DNA of 64,000 nt from Bacteriovoracaceae bacterium. Lineage in GTDB: Bacteria; Bdellovibrionota; Bacteriovoracia; Bacteriovoracales; Bacteriovoracaceae. The translations under genes and the position numbers were made by a program. Location of the stretch: contig JBLWTJ010000001.1 of NCBI GenBank assembly GCA_048270185.1, positions 1,376,001 through 1,440,000 of the forward strand. The letters run 5' to 3'. Position 1 is the first letter of the stretch, and each line of letters begins with the position of its first letter. Shown here in pieces: positions 59,804-64,000 of this stretch. Below the pieces are notes generated by a model. The model saw only the letters and a list, made by a program, of their open reading frames with translations, made no database searches and was not told the DNA's origin.

Positions 59804-59831
59804 TTATCGGCAATTATTAAAAAATTCTTAA
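59804..59831 (-). promoter_or_regulatory. sigma28-type promoter of the ART-like gene pair
   Basis: minus strand TTAAG-N15-GCCGATAA, with a perfect -10 element. Confidence 0.75.
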
Positions 59832-59864
59832 AAATGTGTTTAATTAACTCATGAAATCAATAGG

Positions 59865-60722
59865 TTAAGAGAGTGCTCGAGTGGCAATTTCACGGCGTAA
59901 AGCATTTAAATGACGACGATCGTACCAGTAACCTTGGACCTCATTAGTTAGAATAATGATGGCCTTTTTCACTTCCGGTTTGATCCAAATTGAGGTTCCT
60001 GTAAAACCTAAGTGGCCAAAAGTATTTGTCGTGGAATTTGATCCAGCTAGAGATATCTCAGGGTTTTGGACGCTATCCCAGCCAAGAATAAATCGATCAT
60101 CTCTTTCACGTTTTATCTGCTCAAGAAGTTTAAGCTCTTTATTAAGGTTTAGAAATGTACGACTAAGTCCTTCAATGGTTGCAAAGAGTCCTGCATGGCA
60201 AACCTTCTCACCAATAACAAATGCATTGTCATCGTGAACTTCACCACAAATGATTCTTCGGTGGCGACGTCCCGTAGGAATTGCCTCTCCCTCTAGGTCT
60301 AACCAATGAACAACTTCATTATCATAGAACTTGCTAGCTATAGCATATGGACTTTCATGCTTTTCAATTTCAAGTTGTAGCCTTAGAGCTCCAAAGTCTG
60401 AATAGCAAGTTTCACTCTCTTTAATATCATAACTTAAAACTTGCTCACGCCAAGTATCATGGGATAGTCGTCCCCAAGCGATGAGTCCACCACGATGTTC
60501 GAGTAATAGCTTCATCTCAGTAGTGAAAATATCGGGACGAGCAAGATAAGTTACCCCAAGAGTTAGAGGTTTTGTAATTGAGGCGATATCAAAGAATTTT
60601 CCTTCGCTATTAATTGAATGAGTTTCAAAACTCTCATTTGCGAAATCAATTTCAGAAATAGCAAGGGAGTTAAAATTATAACTCCCAAGCTTCTTTCTAA
60701 TATCTTCGACTATATCTTTCAT
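59865..60722 (-). CDS. beta-lactamase-family serine hydrolase
   Basis: ASITK (SxxK), YSD, GEVHDDNA, GHLGFTGT. Confidence 0.85.
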   Translation of the reverse strand: MKDIVEDIRKKLGSYNFNSLAISEIDFANESFETHSINSEGKFFDIASITKPLTLGVTYLARPDIFTTEMKLLLEHRGGLIAWGRLSHDTWREQVLSYDIKESETCYSDFGALRLQLEIEKHESPYAIASKFYDNEVVHWLDLEGEAIPTGRRHRRIICGEVHDDNAFVIGEKVCHAGLFATIEGLSRTFLNLNKELKLLEQIKRERDDRFILGWDSVQNPEISLAGSNSTTNTFGHLGFTGTSIWIKPEVKKAIIILTNEVQGYWYDRRHLNALRREIATRALS

Positions 60723-63373
60723 TATTTATTACGAATAGCTGCCTGTGCTGCCGATAGACGTGCGATTGGTACTCGGTACGGAGAACAAGAAACATAATCA
60801 AGTCCAATACGGTGACAGAAGTCAATCGACTTAGGCTCACCACCGTGCTCACCACAAATACCTACGTGAATATCTTTATTCATATTACGTCCTTGTTCAG
60901 TTGCAAACTTAACAAGGAAACCTACACCTTCTTGGTCAAGTGAAACAAATGGATCACTTGGAAGAACTGATTTTGAAATATATTCTGTTAAGAAGCGTCC
61001 GGCATCATCTCGAGATAGACCAAAAGTAGTTTGAGTTAAGTCATTCGTTCCAAATGAGAAGAAGTCTGCATGAGGAGCAATTTCTGCTGCTGTAATCGCT
61101 GCTCTTGGAAGCTCAATCATTGTTCCAAGTTTGTACTTAAACTCTTTGCCTTCAACAGTCTTATCAATAGTTGCAACTAAGATTTCTCTAAGAAGAGATA
61201 ACTCTTTTGCTGTTGCAATTAGAGGAATCATGATCTCTGGTTTAACAGTTACACCTTCGTCCATCACTTCAATCGCTGCTTGAGCGATGGCAGTAACCTG
61301 CATATTGTAAATTTCTGGATATGTAACACCTAAACGACAACCGCGGTGACCAAGCATTGGGTTAAACTCATGAAGTCTTTCACAACCATCTTCTATTGTC
61401 TTAAGCTCAACATCGATATACTCAGCAAGCTCTTTCTTCTCTTCTTCAGAATGTGGAAGGAACTCGTGCAGAGGTGGATCAAGAAGTCTGATATTAACAG
61501 GCATTCCATTCATCGCCTTAAAGATTCCTTTGAAATCCTCTTTCTGGTATGGAAGAAGTTTTGCAAGGGCCTTCTCTCTTTGAGAAGTTGAATCAGCAAA
61601 GATCATTTCACGTACAGCAAGGATTCTCTCTGGCTCGAAGAACATATGCTCTGTACGACAAAGTCCAATCCCCTCTGCACCAAACTTAACTGCTGTTTCA
61701 CTATCTTCTGGATTATCTGCATTGGTGCGAACTCTTAGAGTTCTAATTTCATCGGCCCATGCCATGAAAGTTGCAAAGTCTGCATTGATTTCGGCATCAA
61801 GAGTTGGTACTTCACCTTCGATAACTTCTCCTGTTGCTCCATCAAGAGTGATAAAGTCACCCTCAACGTATTTCTTATCGCCAATAATCATTGTGCGATT
61901 CTTGCTATCAACGAGGATTTCAGAACATCCTGCAACACATGGTTTTCCCATACCACGAGCAACAACAGCTGCGTGAGAAGTCATACCACCACGAGCAGTT
62001 AGGATAGCTTGAGCTGCGGCCATTCCAGCAATATCTTCAGGAGAAGTTTCTTGGCGAACAAGAATAACTTTCTCTCCATTGTCGTGCATACTCGTTGCAT
62101 CGTCAGAGTGAAAAACAATTTTTCCGGCACCGGCTCCAGGAGAAGCAGGAAGACCTTTAGCAACGATATTCTTTGTTGCATTCGGATCAAGTCTTGGGTG
62201 TAAAAGTTGGTTAAGGGCCTCAGGATCGATTTGCATAATCGCTTCTTCCTTCGTCACAATTCCTTCTTTTTCAAGATCAACGGCAATCTTTAGTGCAGCT
62301 GCAGCTGTTCTCTTACCATTACGAGTTTGCAGTAGATAAAGCTTATCAGCTTCAATCGTAAACTCGATATCCTGCATATCTTTGTAGTGTTTTTCAAGTT
62401 GTTGGTATAGAGAAGTTAGCTCTGCAAATGCCTTTGGCATATACTCTTCAAGAGTCTTTTCATCTCTATTAGAATCATTCTTTGAACACTCATTAATTGG
62501 CGCTGGAGTTCTGATACCTGCAACAACATCTTCACCTTGAGCATTAACAAGGTATTCACCAAAGAATTTCTTCTCACCATTAGAAGGGTCACGTGTGAAA
62601 CAAACACCTGTTGCACAGTCATCACCCATATTTCCAAAAACCATGGCCTGAACATTAACAGCTGTTCCCCAGTCACCTGGAATACTATTTAATTGACGAT
62701 ACTTGATAGCACGTGGGTTATTCCATGAACCAAAGACAGCTTCAATTGCTAGCCAAAGTTGTTCCATTGGATCTGTTGGAAATTGCTTTCCTGTCTCTTG
62801 AGCAATAATTTGCTTATAAACTTTTACAAGATTTTTGAAGTCACCTGCTTCAAGTTTTGTATCTGAATCAACACCCTTTGCTTCTTTTAAGTCTTCAAGA
62901 GTTGACTCAAGCATTGAGTGGCTCATGCCCATAACAACATTGGCATACATTTGAATAAATCTTCTGTATGAATCCCAAGCAAATCTTGGGTTATCTGATT
63001 TCTTTGATAGAGCTTCAACTGTTTCGTCATTAAGCCCAAGATTTAAAACTGTATCCATCATCCCCGGCATCGAAACTCTTGCCCCTGAGCGCACAGAGAA
63101 AAGAAGTGGGTTATCTCCTCCACCAAATGTCTTTCCAGTCGATGACTCAACAAGCTTTAAGGCCTCAATAACTTGAGTCTTAATATCTTCATTAAAAGAT
63201 TGAGTTTTTTGATAATCGATACAGGCTTCAGTAGTTACAGTGAAACCCGGAGGGACCGGTAGTCCAAGAGCAGACATCTCAGCTAGGTTGGCACCTTTAC
63301 CACCTAGAAGATTCTTCATGCTTCTATCACCTTCAGTTTTTTCTTTTGAAAACGAGTAAACCCATTTACTCAT
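60722..63373 (-). CDS. ppdK: pyruvate, phosphate dikinase
   Basis: LGGKGANLAEM, GGMTSHAAVVARG, CRTEHMF, SFGTNDLTQ, CGEHGG. Confidence 0.98.
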   Translation of the reverse strand: MSKWVYSFSKEKTEGDRSMKNLLGGKGANLAEMSALGLPVPPGFTVTTEACIDYQKTQSFNEDIKTQVIEALKLVESSTGKTFGGGDNPLLFSVRSGARVSMPGMMDTVLNLGLNDETVEALSKKSDNPRFAWDSYRRFIQMYANVVMGMSHSMLESTLEDLKEAKGVDSDTKLEAGDFKNLVKVYKQIIAQETGKQFPTDPMEQLWLAIEAVFGSWNNPRAIKYRQLNSIPGDWGTAVNVQAMVFGNMGDDCATGVCFTRDPSNGEKKFFGEYLVNAQGEDVVAGIRTPAPINECSKNDSNRDEKTLEEYMPKAFAELTSLYQQLEKHYKDMQDIEFTIEADKLYLLQTRNGKRTAAAALKIAVDLEKEGIVTKEEAIMQIDPEALNQLLHPRLDPNATKNIVAKGLPASPGAGAGKIVFHSDDATSMHDNGEKVILVRQETSPEDIAGMAAAQAILTARGGMTSHAAVVARGMGKPCVAGCSEILVDSKNRTMIIGDKKYVEGDFITLDGATGEVIEGEVPTLDAEINADFATFMAWADEIRTLRVRTNADNPEDSETAVKFGAEGIGLCRTEHMFFEPERILAVREMIFADSTSQREKALAKLLPYQKEDFKGIFKAMNGMPVNIRLLDPPLHEFLPHSEEEKKELAEYIDVELKTIEDGCERLHEFNPMLGHRGCRLGVTYPEIYNMQVTAIAQAAIEVMDEGVTVKPEIMIPLIATAKELSLLREILVATIDKTVEGKEFKYKLGTMIELPRAAITAAEIAPHADFFSFGTNDLTQTTFGLSRDDAGRFLTEYISKSVLPSDPFVSLDQEGVGFLVKFATEQGRNMNKDIHVGICGEHGGEPKSIDFCHRIGLDYVSCSPYRVPIARLSAAQAAIRNK

Positions 63374-63397
63374 AACCGCGCTCCTTGCTTAGTATAG

Positions 63398-63422
63398 AAA
63401 AAAGGCCACAAAATAGTGGCCT
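63398..63422 (-). terminator. probable terminator after glyQS
   Basis: minus strand AGGCCAC-TATTTT-GTGGCCT followed by a T-tract. Confidence 0.7.
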
Positions 63423-63431
63423 CTAATTTAA

Positions 63432-64000
63432 TTAAATGTAGATTCTATCTCTTAAATAGTTTTTCACTTGATCTAGTGCTACACGCTCTTGCTTCATTGA
63501 ATCGCGGTCACGAATTGTCACAGCATTATCTTCAAGTGAGTCAAAGTCAAATGTAATACAGAATGGAGTTCCGATCTCATCTTGACGACGGTAGCGTTTA
63601 CCAATAGATCCTGCTACATCATATTCAGCAGCAAATTCTTGTTGAAGTTCATTGAATAGCGTTGTCGCAGGTTCATTTAACTTCTTTGTAAGTGGAAGAA
63701 CAGCAACTTTTACTGGAGCAAGAGAAGGGTGGAACTTCATTACAGTTCTTTCATTTTCTCCATCTCCTTCGTTTTCGATTCTAAAAGCATCACAAAGAAT
63801 AGCTAGAAGAGAACGATCACAACCAACCGATGTTTCAAGAACATATGGAAGGAACTTCTTATTACCATCAAGTAGATCAGTGTACTTTAAGTTCTTTCCA
63901 GAGAATTCTTCGTGTTGACGAAGATCAAAGTCAGTTCTTGAGTGGATACCTTCCATCTCGTCCCAACCATGAGGGAATTTATATTCAATATCTTCTGCAG
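63432..64000 (-). CDS. glyQS: glycine--tRNA ligase, homodimeric type (3' part; runs off the window)
   Basis: EGIHSRTDFDL, PYVLETSVGCDR, SIGKRYRRQDEIGTPFCIT. Confidence 0.93.
   Translation of the reverse strand, partial: AEDIEYKFPHGWDEMEGIHSRTDFDLRQHEEFSGKNLKYTDLLDGNKKFLPYVLETSVGCDRSLLAILCDAFRIENEGDGENERTVMKFHPSLAPVKVAVLPLTKKLNEPATTLFNELQQEFAAEYDVAGSIGKRYRRQDEIGTPFCITFDFDSLEDNAVTIRDRDSMKQERVALDQVKNYLRDRIYI

Noticed and set aside
1..64000. CRISPR arrays, rRNA, IS elements, prophage
   Set aside because: No regularly spaced repeats, rRNA-like tracts, transposases or phage genes were seen

Overview
AT-rich bacterial chromosome segment, most likely from a predatory Bdellovibrionota (Bacteriovorax/Halobacteriovorax-like). 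This assignment is inferred from gene content and protein style and was not confirmed by a search. Housekeeping genes: recJ, a cyclophilin, rsgA, tRNA-Arg(UCU), a DTW/TapT protein, a thiolase, metK, mpl, ppdK and partial glyQS. Other content: a TetR-controlled TolC/RND operon, signalling genes (two PilZ proteins, a Ser/Thr kinase, a cNMP-binding protein), and a flagellar hook/basal-body cluster (flgBC-fliEFGHIJ-motE-fliK-flgD-flgE) headed by two sigma54-type activators and a large TPR protein. Most notable observations: (1) a tandem pair of exported proteins sharing an R-S-E ADP-ribosyltransferase-like domain, behind a sigma28-type promoter and with no adjacent immunity gene; one is fused to a nucleoside-phosphorylase-like domain; (2) a 149-bp duplication/insertion at the 3' end of metK in which the last 17 codons occur twice, encoding the same peptide but synonymously recoded, around a GC-rich 96-bp spacer; (3) five sigma28-type promoters in front of non-flagellar genes. 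No CRISPR array, rRNA, transposase or integrase was seen.
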